Assembly: GCA_043767805.1 (NCBI GenBank)
Contig: JAYUGC010000170.1
Location: 1 to 21,778 of the forward strand
DNA: 21,778 nucleotides
Origin: Pseudomonadota bacterium
Lineage (GTDB): Bacteria; Bdellovibrionota; FAC87; UBA2466
Direction: 5' to 3'
Shown here: positions 1 to 8,474 of the stretch, piece by piece
Position numbering within the stretch: position 1 is the first letter of the stretch
How the letters are laid out: every line of letters starts with the position of its first letter
Position numbers and translations under genes: made by a program
Notes under the pieces: model-generated
Told to the model about the DNA's origin: nothing
The model's input: only the letters and a program-made list of their open reading frames with translations
Database searches by the model: none

Positions 1-331
1 GGCGATCGGCGCCCACTTCACTCGGCATGTCGACGTTTAAGCGAACGCCGAGATTCAGCGTGTGGTCGATTTTTAACGGCAGGACTTTCAGGAAGTCGCC
101 GCAAAAGCGCTCGAGTGCGGTGTCCGCCGCGGGCACCACAGAGCAGAGGACCGCTCCTTCCCATTCACCGCCGCCAAGCCCCGCCCTTTCCAAAAGCGGA
201 AAGAAAAACGCCGCATGCTCGTCGGAGGTACGGGTCACGCGGGTTTCCGCGCGCCAGTGATAACGAAGGCGATCGTCCTCGAAGAGGCCGAAAGAGGTCT
301 GAGTATTGCCGATGTCTATGGCCAGAAGCAT
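1..331 (-). CDS. coaX: Type III pantothenate kinase (5' part; runs off the window start)
   Basis: Not in the ORF track. Manual translation from ATG at 331 gives MLLAIDIGNTQTSFGLF...LCSVVP...NVDMPSEVGADR, with the DIGNT, SVV and GADR motifs of CoaX. Lies directly downstream of birA. Confidence 0.93.
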   Translation of the reverse strand, partial: MLLAIDIGNTQTSFGLFEDDRLRYHWRAETRVTRTSDEHAAFFFPLLERAGLGGGEWEGAVLCSVVPAADTALERFCGDFLKVLPLKIDHTLNLGVRLNVDMPSEVGADR

Positions 332-344
332 AAAGCGCTCAAGC

Positions 345-1166
345 TCAGGGCCAGTAACACGTGATTGCGCCCGAGTAATAAGAGCGCCTATCGCCCTTGG
401 GGTTGGATAGCACGAGACCCCCGGACTCATCAATTCCCAGTACGGTACCCACCGTTACGCCCGGATCGTTTACGGGAACCGGGGCAGTCCCCTGCGGTTT
501 CGTGGGCGCCCGTACGCCCGATTCGGAAAGCTCAACCTTCTTACCCACGAAAGCGCAGTTATGCTCCCAGAGGTAGCGGATGGGCTCCATGCCCTCCTCT
601 TGGTAGAGGCGGTAGAGCGTGAAGAGTTTCGCGGTGAGCACGTGCAGGACCTGATCTATCTCGTACAACCCGCCCTCCGACTCCGCCTGAAAGGAAGTCG
701 CGCCGAAGGGATTACCGGCAAACGGGAGGAGATCCTTGGGAGCGACATTGATATTGAGGCCAATGCCGGCCGCGCACAGATCGAAGCAATCCTCGCCGAG
801 TGCCTCGCAAAGAATACCTCCCACCTTTTTCCAGCTCACCAGGCAGTCATTCGGCCATTTGAGGGTGACATCGCAATGCTTGGGCAAAATCTGTTTCACG
901 GCTTGGGCCACCGCCACCCCGACCAAGATGGGCAAGTCCGTGAGCCGCCGCGCTTGGCGCGGATAGAGGAGCACCGAAAGAAAAAGACCGCCCTCGGGAG
1001 AGTGCCAAACGTGATTGCCCCGTCCCTTCCCCGCCGTTTGCGAGCGAGCGACGATGACCGTGCCTTCCGCCGCGGTCCCGGCTTTGGCAAGCTCGCGCGC
1101 CTTCAGATTGGTGGAATCCAAGGTATCGAACCGTAAAATCTGGGGCGTGAAGCTCTCAGGAATCAT
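345..1166 (-). CDS. birA: Biotin--[acetyl-CoA-carboxylase] ligase without an N-terminal HTH
   Basis: Motifs DSTN, QTAGKGR..HVWHSP, KWPND, KKVGGIL and GIGLN; C-terminal GIDESGGL SH3-like domain. Confidence 0.95.
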   Translation of the reverse strand: MIPESFTPQILRFDTLDSTNLKARELAKAGTAAEGTVIVARSQTAGKGRGNHVWHSPEGGLFLSVLLYPRQARRLTDLPILVGVAVAQAVKQILPKHCDVTLKWPNDCLVSWKKVGGILCEALGEDCFDLCAAGIGLNINVAPKDLLPFAGNPFGATSFQAESEGGLYEIDQVLHVLTAKLFTLYRLYQEEGMEPIRYLWEHNCAFVGKKVELSESGVRAPTKPQGTAPVPVNDPGVTVGTVLGIDESGGLVLSNPKGDRRSYYSGAITCYWP

Positions 1167-2050
1167 GATTTCAATTCGACGAAGTCTTCTTGATCCTTCA
1201 AGAGGCGATCGAGGCGCTCTTGCACCAGGCGCTCCACGATGGGAGGCACGATACGGTCGAGCACTTTTTGAACGATCTCGTTTAAGTTCTCCTTCGCGAG
1301 GGTACTTTCCACCTGGCTCTCGAGCATTCCTTTATAGGCCATGGAATCATCGGCGCGCATGATCTCGGGCGAAGGCGCGATGGGAGCTTCCGGCACGCGG
1401 CGCGCCTGAGCGGGCGCCGCGGGGGGCTTCGGCGGCGGAGGCGCCGCCGACCAAAGGCTATCTTCATTGTGCGGCTCGCGCGCCGGCGGGCGGCGGTCGG
1501 GGCGAGGCGGCTCGGGGGCCGGCGCCGGAATATTGAGCAGCGTGCGATCGCCCGCTTCGGCTTCCGCTTCAAAGGTTTCCCGCGTGAGCTTCGCGTCGTC
1601 GTTAAACGCTTCGTTGAAACGCGATTGCAGGTTCGCGTCTTCCGCTTCCCGGCTCTGCGCGCCGGGCCGGTTAACCGGAGCGGCTTCGGGGGCGGCGCCC
1701 GCAGTGTGCTCGGTCACCAAAGATTGCAACGCTTGCGGAGAAAACGGTTTTTTGAGAACGCCCGCGTAGTGGCGCATCTCCTTTATGTCTTGCCCCGTGA
1801 TGAGGATGATGGGGGGCGGCCGGTGATTGCGGCCTAGCCATGCCTCCACTTCCTTAGGGAAGGAGGGCACCGTTACATCCGTTACCTGATCGCTGACTAG
1901 AATCAGATTCGGAGGGCTGTCCGCGACGAAGGTCATCGCCTCGTTGCGGGACTTCGCGTAAGCGACGCTGTAACGGCTCTTATCGAGCGTCAGCGCCACG
2001 ACTTTTTGTACGGTCAGACTCTCATCTATGAGCAGGACGCGCTTTTTCAT
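1163..2050 (-). CDS. romR: RomR-like regulator: receiver domain, Pro-rich linker and C-terminal helical domain
   Basis: N-terminal receiver (KRVLLIDESLTVQKVVALTL...IILITG...LKKPF), a long Pro/Ala-rich linker, and C-terminal EIVQKVLDRIVPPIVERLVQERLDRL resembling the RomR C-terminal motif. Start placed at ATG 2050; overlaps the birA start. Confidence 0.72.
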   Translation of the reverse strand: MKKRVLLIDESLTVQKVVALTLDKSRYSVAYAKSRNEAMTFVADSPPNLILVSDQVTDVTVPSFPKEVEAWLGRNHRPPPIILITGQDIKEMRHYAGVLKKPFSPQALQSLVTEHTAGAAPEAAPVNRPGAQSREAEDANLQSRFNEAFNDDAKLTRETFEAEAEAGDRTLLNIPAPAPEPPRPDRRPPAREPHNEDSLWSAAPPPPKPPAAPAQARRVPEAPIAPSPEIMRADDSMAYKGMLESQVESTLAKENLNEIVQKVLDRIVPPIVERLVQERLDRLLKDQEDFVELKS

Positions 2051-2160
2051 TTGCCTCAGTATAGCAGCGTCCTGGCTAAGCACGAACCCTTCTCCAACGC
2101 CGCGTCGGAATCATGATACGAAGCGTCGACGCAGATTGTGTAGCCTTTCGCACTTTTTTT

Positions 2161-2188
2161 TCAAGTTTCCCCAACAATCAGACGATGA
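2161..2188 (+). promoter_or_regulatory. Possible sigma-28 (FliA) promoter for flagellin
   Basis: TCAA(GTTT)-N16-GACGATGA compared with consensus TAAA-N15/16-GCCGATAA, ~140 nt upstream of the flagellin start. Confidence 0.5.
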
Positions 2189-2227
2189 GCAAGTTGAGGC
2201 AGGTACGGATCACCGTCCCTTCTCACT

Positions 2228-2330
2228 GCTGGTCCAAGATGGACCAGCTAAAGGACTCACCTAGAGTCCAGCCGGTCATAAGGATATGACCGATAGCCCT
2301 AGATTGGGCGAGACGTTCACGGAGGATGTC
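2228..2330 (+). promoter_or_regulatory. Structured flagellin 5' leader with putative CsrA sites
   Basis: Five consecutive hairpins. Two carry GGA in the loop: CGGTCATA-AGGA-TATGACCG (2273-2292) and GACGTTC-ACGGA-GGATGTC (2312-2330, covering the GGAGG SD). Confidence 0.65.
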
Positions 2331-3161
2331 ATGGCTCTGCGGATTAATACCAATGTTCAGTCGCTGCTCGCGCAGCATCACTTGGACACGACGACACGGG
2401 AATTGAACCATACCCAGGAAAAACTGGCGACGGGTTCCCGCATCGTTCATGCGAAAGATGACGCCGCCGGGCTGGCCATCTCGGAGAACCTCCGAGCCAC
2501 CCTCAAAGCGACGGGCCAAAACATTCAGAACCTACTGAATGGTGAGTTCATGCTGCAGACGGCGGACAGCGCCCTGTACGAAGTGAACAACATGGTCATC
2601 CGCATGAAGGAGCTCGCGGTATCCGCCTCTTCCGACACGAACGGAGACTACGAGCGCGGATTACTCAACGAAGAGTACCAAGCGCTCAAAGAAGAGCTCG
2701 GCCGTATCTCGGAGACCACGCTTTTCAACGGCCGCCCTCTCCTAAACGGCCAAGGCGGAGAAATTGAGATTCAAGTGGGACCGAACAACGTCGACGGCGT
2801 CGACCGTATTCGCGTCGGCTTGGACTTCGAAGTCACGCCCGAGACCATGGGTCTCGCGGACTTGAACATTGCGGACCGTGATGGCGCCCGGGAAGCTCTC
2901 GACCCCATTGGGGAGGCTTTGAAGACTATCGCGAGTACTAGAGGAAAAATCGGGGCTGGGGAATCCCGTCTCGGAACCACCCTGCGCAGCTTGACTCAGT
3001 ACGAGGAGAATACCTCAGGTGCGTTTTCTCAGATCCGTGATGCCGACATCGCCCGTGAAACGGCCGAGTATGCCAAGTTGAATATTCTCAACCAAGCTGG
3101 AATCGCGGTCCTCGCCCAAGCCAATAACAGTCCAAGTGCGGTTCTGAAACTTCTGAATTAA
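2331..3161 (+). CDS. fliC: Flagellin (short, 276 aa, little or no D2/D3 region)
   Basis: MALRINTNV...LATGSRI...DDAAGLAIS at the N-terminus and IRDADIARE...QAGIAVLAQAN...VLKLL at the C-terminus. ATG 2331 follows GGAGG. Confidence 0.96.
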   Translation: MALRINTNVQSLLAQHHLDTTTRELNHTQEKLATGSRIVHAKDDAAGLAISENLRATLKATGQNIQNLLNGEFMLQTADSALYEVNNMVIRMKELAVSASSDTNGDYERGLLNEEYQALKEELGRISETTLFNGRPLLNGQGGEIEIQVGPNNVDGVDRIRVGLDFEVTPETMGLADLNIADRDGAREALDPIGEALKTIASTRGKIGAGESRLGTTLRSLTQYEENTSGAFSQIRDADIARETAEYAKLNILNQAGIAVLAQANNSPSAVLKLLN

Positions 3162-3202
3162 AAACCCAGAAGGAACTGCCCCCGCCCCGATTGAAGAGCT
3201 AA

Positions 3203-3277
3203 CTACTTCCGCTTGGCGGCCTTTTTCTTGCCCTTTTTCGCGGTTTTCTTGGCCTTCTTAGCGCGTTTTTTCGCCAT
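3203..3277 (-). CDS. 24-aa Lys/Ala-rich basic microprotein MAKKRAKKAKKTAKKGKKKAAKRK
   Basis: Manual translation from ATG at 3277 to TAG at 3203-3205, with SD-like GGGGGA just upstream. Composition resembles histone H1-like tails. Below the ORF-track length cut-off. Confidence 0.7.
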   Translation of the reverse strand: MAKKRAKKAKKTAKKGKKKAAKRK

Positions 3278-3709
3278 AGTGATTCCCCCAGTTATTCGTT
3301 ACTACGTTTATCCGATTATGAACGTGCGATGCCGCGTTCATTGAGTTCAGTTTGAACCACATTTTTTTCCGAATCAAGCGAATACTTGTTTGAATTCTGC
3401 ATTTTACGGCGGAGCGCCGCTGAATCGATCGCGCTAAAAACCGTTTTTATCGACGATAAATCACGATCCGGCGCATTCGAAAAAAATGCTGCGAGCGATC
3501 AGAATTATTTTCATTTTTTTCTTTCAAACCCCGATCTTTGCTTCCCTTTCATGATTTTTTTCCGCTTCAGCGAACGTTTCACACGTTCTTTTCCCGCTCC
3601 CTTTGCGCGCGTTTCCTAAAATCGCGTCCTCTAGCGCGATCCATTCGCCTCTTTCTCCGCATTCCGCGTTTCTTTCTCTTCTCGTTAATTTCGAACTCAG
3701 CAGAGCCCA

Positions 3710-3738
3710 TCCGCATTAAAGCGAAGCTTTAACGCTGA
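3710..3738. repeat. GCGAAGC-centred palindromic repeat, copy 1 (degenerate)
   Basis: TCCGCATTAAAGC-GAA-GCTTTAACGCTGA; matches the copy at 21489-21517 at 25 of 29 positions. Confidence 0.6.
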
Positions 3739-3750
3739 GCGGGGATTCAT

Positions 3751-3779
3751 TTGCGTTTCCTTAACCATCTTGCTAACCT
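3751..3779 (+). promoter_or_regulatory. Possible sigma-70 promoter for nuoB
   Basis: TTGCGT-N17-TAACCT with a TG extended -10. Confidence 0.45.
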
Positions 3780-3870
3780 CGGCTCGCTTTTAAGCGATTG
3801 ATTATTCACGTCTTAAGTCCTCTCGGGCAGCTTGCCCGCGAGAGACTTTCAAGGCCCGTAGGAGGTTTCG

Positions 3871-4374
3871 GTGATCGGTAGCGACAGTGTCGTGCTCACC
3901 TCGGTAGACGAGGTCCTGAATTGGGGACGCCGCAATTCTTTGTGGCCTCTGACTTTCGGTCTCGCTTGTTGCGCCATCGAGATGATGGCGACGGGCGCCG
4001 CCGACTACGATCTCGAGAGATTTGGTTGTGGCGTGTTTCGCGCCACTCCCCGGCAATCGGATCTGATGATCGTCGCCGGCACGGTGACGCTGAAGATGGC
4101 GAGCCGCATCCGCACCTTGTACGAACAGATGCCCGACCCGAAGTGGGTCATCTCCATGGGCTCCTGCGCGAACAAAGGCGGGCCTTACTGGCACGAGGGT
4201 TACCACGTATTGAAAGGGGTCGACCGTGTCGTTCCCGTCGATATCTACGTTCCCGGCTGCCCTCCCCGCCCCGAGACGCTTCTCGAAGCGGTGATGATGT
4301 TGCAGAAAAAAATCCGGGTTCAGGAGACGGCTTTGAAGCCTCTCGGTTTCCTGCGCAAGGAAGCGTCGGTTTAA
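3871..4374 (+). CDS. nuoB: NADH-quinone oxidoreductase subunit B
   Basis: [32 protein letters not shown] and [12 protein letters not shown] motifs. GTG start after GGAGG. Confidence 0.97.
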   Translation: MIGSDSVVLTSVDEVLNWGRRNSLWPLTFGLACCAIEMMATGAADYDLERFGCGVFRATPRQSDLMIVAGTVTLKMASRIRTLYEQMPDPKWVISMGSCANKGGPYWHEGYHVLKGVDRVVPVDIYVPGCPPRPETLLEAVMMLQKKIRVQETALKPLGFLRKEASV

Positions 4375-4390
4375 GGGAGTGGGAGATCAA

Positions 4391-4903
4391 ATGACCTTCG
4401 ACGATGTTTTTCAAAAGCTCCAGGGCAAGTTCTCTGGCGGCGTCGAGAAGCTCGACACCAAACCGGATCCCGCAATCAAGGTAGACGCCAAGCAGATCCA
4501 CGAAGTGGTGCGTTACCTGAAAGAAGAAGCCGCTTTCGAGACGCTCACCTGCGTTTCGGGCGTCGACTATCCCAAAGACGCGAAAATCGCGGTCGTCTAT
4601 CACTTGCACTCGTACACGCACAAGGTGCTGGTCGGCCTCAAAGTGTACTTGCCCCGGGAAGCCCCTTTGGTCCGCAGCCTCGTGGACCTCTATAAGGGCG
4701 CCAACTGGCAGGAGCGCGAGACGTACGACCTCATGGGCGTCCATTTCGAGGGCCATCCGGATCTCCGCCGCATTTTCATGCCGGAAGACTGGGTCGGCCA
4801 CCCGCTGCGCAAAGATTTCGTGACACCCGACTTTTATAACGGCATGCCGGTTCCGCTCTATTTCGATGATTCCGCGAGCGGCACGCCGGGAGGAGAGCAC
4901 TAA
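4391..4903 (+). CDS. nuoC: NADH-quinone oxidoreductase subunit C
   Basis: ANWQERETYDLMGVHFEGHPDLRRI...WVGHPLRKDF signature. ATG 4391 follows GGGAG; alternative GTG at 4379. Confidence 0.96.
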   Translation: MTFDDVFQKLQGKFSGGVEKLDTKPDPAIKVDAKQIHEVVRYLKEEAAFETLTCVSGVDYPKDAKIAVVYHLHSYTHKVLVGLKVYLPREAPLVRSLVDLYKGANWQERETYDLMGVHFEGHPDLRRIFMPEDWVGHPLRKDFVTPDFYNGMPVPLYFDDSASGTPGGEH

Positions 4904-6060
4904 TGCTCGACCAAGAAGATCCTCAGCACCTGATGAACACGCCCGAAAGTCTCCGGACGGACGAGCTGCTCATCAACATGGGCCCTCAGCATCCTTCCAC
5001 CCACGGCGTACTCAAAGTCGTCATCGTCACCGACGGTGAGATCGTAAAGACCGCCATGCCGGAAGTCGGTTATCTGCATCGGTGCATGGAAAAGCACTCG
5101 GAAGCGGTCGACTGGATGGGCGTCATGCCCTACGTGGATCGCCTGGACTACCTGGCCTCCATGAATAACGCCATGGGCTGGGCGATGGCCTGCGAAAAGA
5201 TGATGGGCGTCGAAGTGCCCCGCCGCGCGGAGTACATCCGCGTCATCACCAGCGAGCTTCAGCGCATCGCGAGCCACTTGATGGCTTTCGGCACCTACGG
5301 CCTGGATCTCGGCGCCTTCACCGCTTTCATGTACGGCTTTCGCGATCGCGAGATGATTCTCGATATCTTCGAGAAGATGAGCGGCGCCCGCCTCCTCTAC
5401 AACTATATGTGGATCGGCGGAACGTCCCGGGACATCGATTCGGACATCGTGGCGCACATCAAGCGCTTCATCGACTACTTCAAGCCGAAGATCGAGGAGT
5501 ACAATAACCTCGTCACTTACAATAAGATCTTCGTCGAGCGCACCAAACACATCGGCGTCGTCGACCGCGACATGTGCTTCTCGTACGGCCTCACCGGCGT
5601 ACCGCTCCGCGCGGCGGGCTTTAAGTGGGACCTTCGCAAAGACATGCCCTACTCCATCTACAAGGAAGTCGATTTCGACGTTCCGCTCGGCACAGGCCAG
5701 ATGGGCACCCTCGGCGATTGCTGGGATCGGCATTTCGTCCGTATGCTCGAGATGAAGGAATCCGTCCGCATCATCGAGCAACTCATTGATGGCATTCCCG
5801 AAGGCACGCACCGCGGCCGCGTCGGTAAAGTCATCAAGCTGGCCGCCGGGGAAGGCAACTCTCGCACGGAATGCCCGCGCGGAGAGCTCTTCTTCCACGT
5901 GGAAAGCGACGGCGGGAAATCCCCGTACCGGGTTCGCGTAAAGAGTCCCTGTTTCCTCAACATCAGCACGCTGGCGGAGCTCGCTCCCGGTCAGATGGTC
6001 TCGGATCTCGTGGCCACCATCGGAAGTCTCGACATCGTGCTGGGCGAAGTGGACCGCTAG
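4903..6060 (+). CDS. nuoD: NADH-quinone oxidoreductase subunit D
   Basis: NMGPQHPSTHGVL, GYLHR, DRLDY and C-terminal SLDIVLGEVDR. No Ni-binding CxxC pairs, so not a hydrogenase large subunit. Confidence 0.97.
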   Translation: MLDQEDPQHLMNTPESLRTDELLINMGPQHPSTHGVLKVVIVTDGEIVKTAMPEVGYLHRCMEKHSEAVDWMGVMPYVDRLDYLASMNNAMGWAMACEKMMGVEVPRRAEYIRVITSELQRIASHLMAFGTYGLDLGAFTAFMYGFRDREMILDIFEKMSGARLLYNYMWIGGTSRDIDSDIVAHIKRFIDYFKPKIEEYNNLVTYNKIFVERTKHIGVVDRDMCFSYGLTGVPLRAAGFKWDLRKDMPYSIYKEVDFDVPLGTGQMGTLGDCWDRHFVRMLEMKESVRIIEQLIDGIPEGTHRGRVGKVIKLAAGEGNSRTECPRGELFFHVESDGGKSPYRVRVKSPCFLNISTLAELAPGQMVSDLVATIGSLDIVLGEVDR

Positions 6061-6071
6061 GAGAGACTACC

Positions 6072-6536
6072 ATGACGTTTTTGGAATATTCCGGCGCCAT
6101 CAAAGACATCGTACTCACCACCATGAAGGGCATGGGCATCACCCTCGCGCAGATGGCGAGAGTGACGCAAAAAGGGGCGATTACGATTCAGTACCCCGAG
6201 CAGAGAGACCAGCTTCCCTTGGGATCGCGCGGCCTGCTTTTTAACGACGTCGAGGATTGCATCTCCTGCAAGCAATGCGCGGCGGTTTGCCCCGTCGATT
6301 GCATCTACATCGAAGCCGACAAGAAGGAAGCTTCTGAGCCCCAGGACTTCACCAAGGGCGGCGTCAAGAAGACGCTGAACTTGAAGAAGTTCGACATCGA
6401 TATCTCGCTCTGCTGCTACTGCGGTCTTTGTAGCGCGGCGTGCCCCACGGACTGCCTGTACCATACGAAAGAGTATGAGTACTCGGTCATCGACCGGGAC
6501 AAGCACGTCATGGACTACCTGAACTATAAGCGTTAA
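6072..6536 (+). CDS. nuoI: NADH-quinone oxidoreductase subunit I (2x[4Fe-4S])
   Basis: TIQYPE, CISCKQCAAVCP and CCYCGLCSAACP. ATG 6072 follows AGGAG; the longer 5871 start overlaps nuoD. Confidence 0.93.
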   Translation: MTFLEYSGAIKDIVLTTMKGMGITLAQMARVTQKGAITIQYPEQRDQLPLGSRGLLFNDVEDCISCKQCAAVCPVDCIYIEADKKEASEPQDFTKGGVKKTLNLKKFDIDISLCCYCGLCSAACPTDCLYHTKEYEYSVIDRDKHVMDYLNYKR

Positions 6537-6548
6537 CCTTTGGGTTAA

Positions 6549-7136
6549 GTGCTCTCTCAACTCAAATCTCGCTTGGCGGGACTCTTTCGTAGCGCGCCTT
6601 CCGAAGGCGCCGTCACGGAACGCTCTTCGCTGGGTCAAATCGCGAAGCTCTACCCTACCCTTCCGGATTTCTTGCACCGCCGGTACGCGGTGACGCTGAA
6701 AGCTTCCGACGATCGCCTTACCTTGGGCGATGTGGTGCGCCTGCACGCTTTGCCGCCCGCGCAGGTGGTCTTCATGGAGCTGCAGCTGGATAACCGGCCC
6801 GAGCAAGTGCCGCAGCTAGCGGCCCGTGTCGCCGCGGAGAAGGTCATCGCGCCCGAGTGGCGCGTGCTCGATGTGAGAGAGCCTTGGGAGTACCAGTTCG
6901 GTGGGCTTCCCAAAGCGCGGCCGATGGACGCTAAAATGTGGGAAGAGATTTTAGCCGACTGGGACCGCGATACGCCGATTCTTCTCTACTGCCACTTCGG
7001 CATCCGCAGCCAGGACGCCGCCGGACAGCTTCTCGATCGCGGCTTCAAGAACGTGCATGTGCTCCAGGGCGGCATCGACGCCTGGTCTCAGGACGTCGAT
7101 CCCAAAGTCAGCCGGTACGAAGGCAGCTGGTGCTGA
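6549..7136 (+). CDS. Rhodanese-like domain protein with a small N-terminal domain
   Basis: VLDVREPWEY, active-site loop YCHFGIRS, and GFKNVHVLQGGIDAWS. Confidence 0.88.
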   Translation: MLSQLKSRLAGLFRSAPSEGAVTERSSLGQIAKLYPTLPDFLHRRYAVTLKASDDRLTLGDVVRLHALPPAQVVFMELQLDNRPEQVPQLAARVAAEKVIAPEWRVLDVREPWEYQFGGLPKARPMDAKMWEEILADWDRDTPILLYCHFGIRSQDAAGQLLDRGFKNVHVLQGGIDAWSQDVDPKVSRYEGSWC

Positions 7137-8474
7137 CTATTGCAAGTTGATAATCACGCGCTCATTGTTATCAAAGAGCAGATTCATCTTGGTCGGCTTC
7201 GGAGTCGCCACGGCTTTCGTGATGGCGAATGAGTAATCTGCCGTGCTCGACAGAGTCACGGGACCGGTCGGCGCGGGAAGCAGCTTGAACTCTCCGCTGC
7301 TTAAATCGATACCCACCAACCGCAACGGCGCGGACCCTTTACTGCGCATTCCTACCGGCATGCCGACGTCCGGAATGGGGAGCGTGTCACCGCTATTCAA
7401 ACCAAGTCTGTTACGACCGTACGTCAGGGCAACAGCGCTTTGACCGACCGCCATGAACGCTCCTCGCATTTGGATGATCGGATAAGACTTCGCATCGTCC
7501 TTGAAGATCATGACTTGGGCGGGGAAAGCCCCTCCCAAGTCCTGAGCCGGGCAATTCACCAATCCCGTCAGGATGAGAGTCGTTTCGTGAGACTCACCGG
7601 CTTCGAGAATGACGGGGCCGCCGCCGTTCGCCAGATCGATGGTCGCCGTCGGCCCATCACAACCCGAGCCAGTCGCGGGGAAAGGACCGACGATGAGCAC
7701 GCCTTCATCCACGGTGAGACGGGCCGTACCGCCATTTTGAAGCGTAAGTCCGACTCGCTTTTGGGCTCCCATGGCGCCCAGATCGTAGTTCCAGGTATCC
7801 ACGTTTGGATCCGCGGGCTGTCCCTCGGGATGAGGCAAGACCGCGAGACAGGGGGCCGGCGCGGGCTTATAGAGTCCGAAGCCAAACTCGTACTTGGACT
7901 CGTTCGTATCCTGGGAAGTGAACTCGATAGTGCCCCAATAGTGGGAGCCCGTCGCCGCCGTGGGACTCAAGATGATATTCACCATTTGAGATTGGTTAGG
8001 CGCGATGTCGAACGGGAAAACCACACTCGCGTCCAGAGTGAACACGTTCTTCTCATCCAGAGTGAACTGAGCGCGATCAATATGCAATGTGCCGGGGCCT
8101 CGGTTCTTAAGCTCGACAGGGATGAGGCCATCGAAAGGCTTCGGACATTTTCCCGATTGGTAAGCGTAGCTCGGAGCTGCCATGGCAACGGAACTACCGT
8201 TCCGCCGCAGGGTCGCGATGTTGAACGCTTCATAACCGTTCTGCAAAATGGAAATCTCTCCCTTGTCCGGCGCGGAGTTCGCTTGCACCCGCACGGCCTC
8301 GACACTTCCCGTGTCGCTCGAAATAATGACGGTCGCATTGCGACCACCGAGCGCGGCCTTCGGATTGAAACGCACGCGGAAGAACGCGTACTCCTGGTAG
8401 GCCAACTTAATCGGGAGCGCGACACCGACGATTTCGAAGTCTTCCGGGTTTCTGCCGCGGATATCGATATGCGT
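7137..8474 (-). pseudogene. Ig-like repeat protein (choice-of-anchor D/ASH-like), apparently missing its 5' end
   Basis: Repeating units VELKNRGPGTLHI...FDIAPNQSQMVNI, LTLQNGGTARLTV...LEAGESHETTL and MRSKGSAPLRL. The frame stays open upstream of TTG 8405 as THIDIRGRNPEDFEIVGVALPIKLAYQEYAFFRVRFNP, i.e. it begins mid-domain with no signal peptide. Confidence 0.62.

Noticed and set aside
3579..3716. 45-codon Arg-rich minus-strand ORF (MRMGSAEFEINEKRKKRG...)
   Set aside because: No SD; its start overlaps the palindromic repeat; the composition is explained by purine bias. Not excluded, but unsupported.
4903..6060. Possible group 4 [NiFe]-hydrogenase large subunit
   Set aside because: Lacks the N- and C-terminal CxxC nickel ligands; the motifs are those of NuoD.
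3802..6806. Long minus-strand ORFs opposite nuoB/C/D/I
   Set aside because: Antisense shadows of well-supported genes with no motifs. The same applies to 561-1136, 10362-11132, 12855-13565, 14197-15000 and 16820-18208.
7440..8468. N-terminal half of the 731-aa plus-strand ORF, suggesting a ~1-kb overlapping gene pair
   Set aside because: R/H/D-rich and not protein-like; it is the codon-aligned antisense of the Ig-repeat gene, a common artefact in GC-rich DNA.
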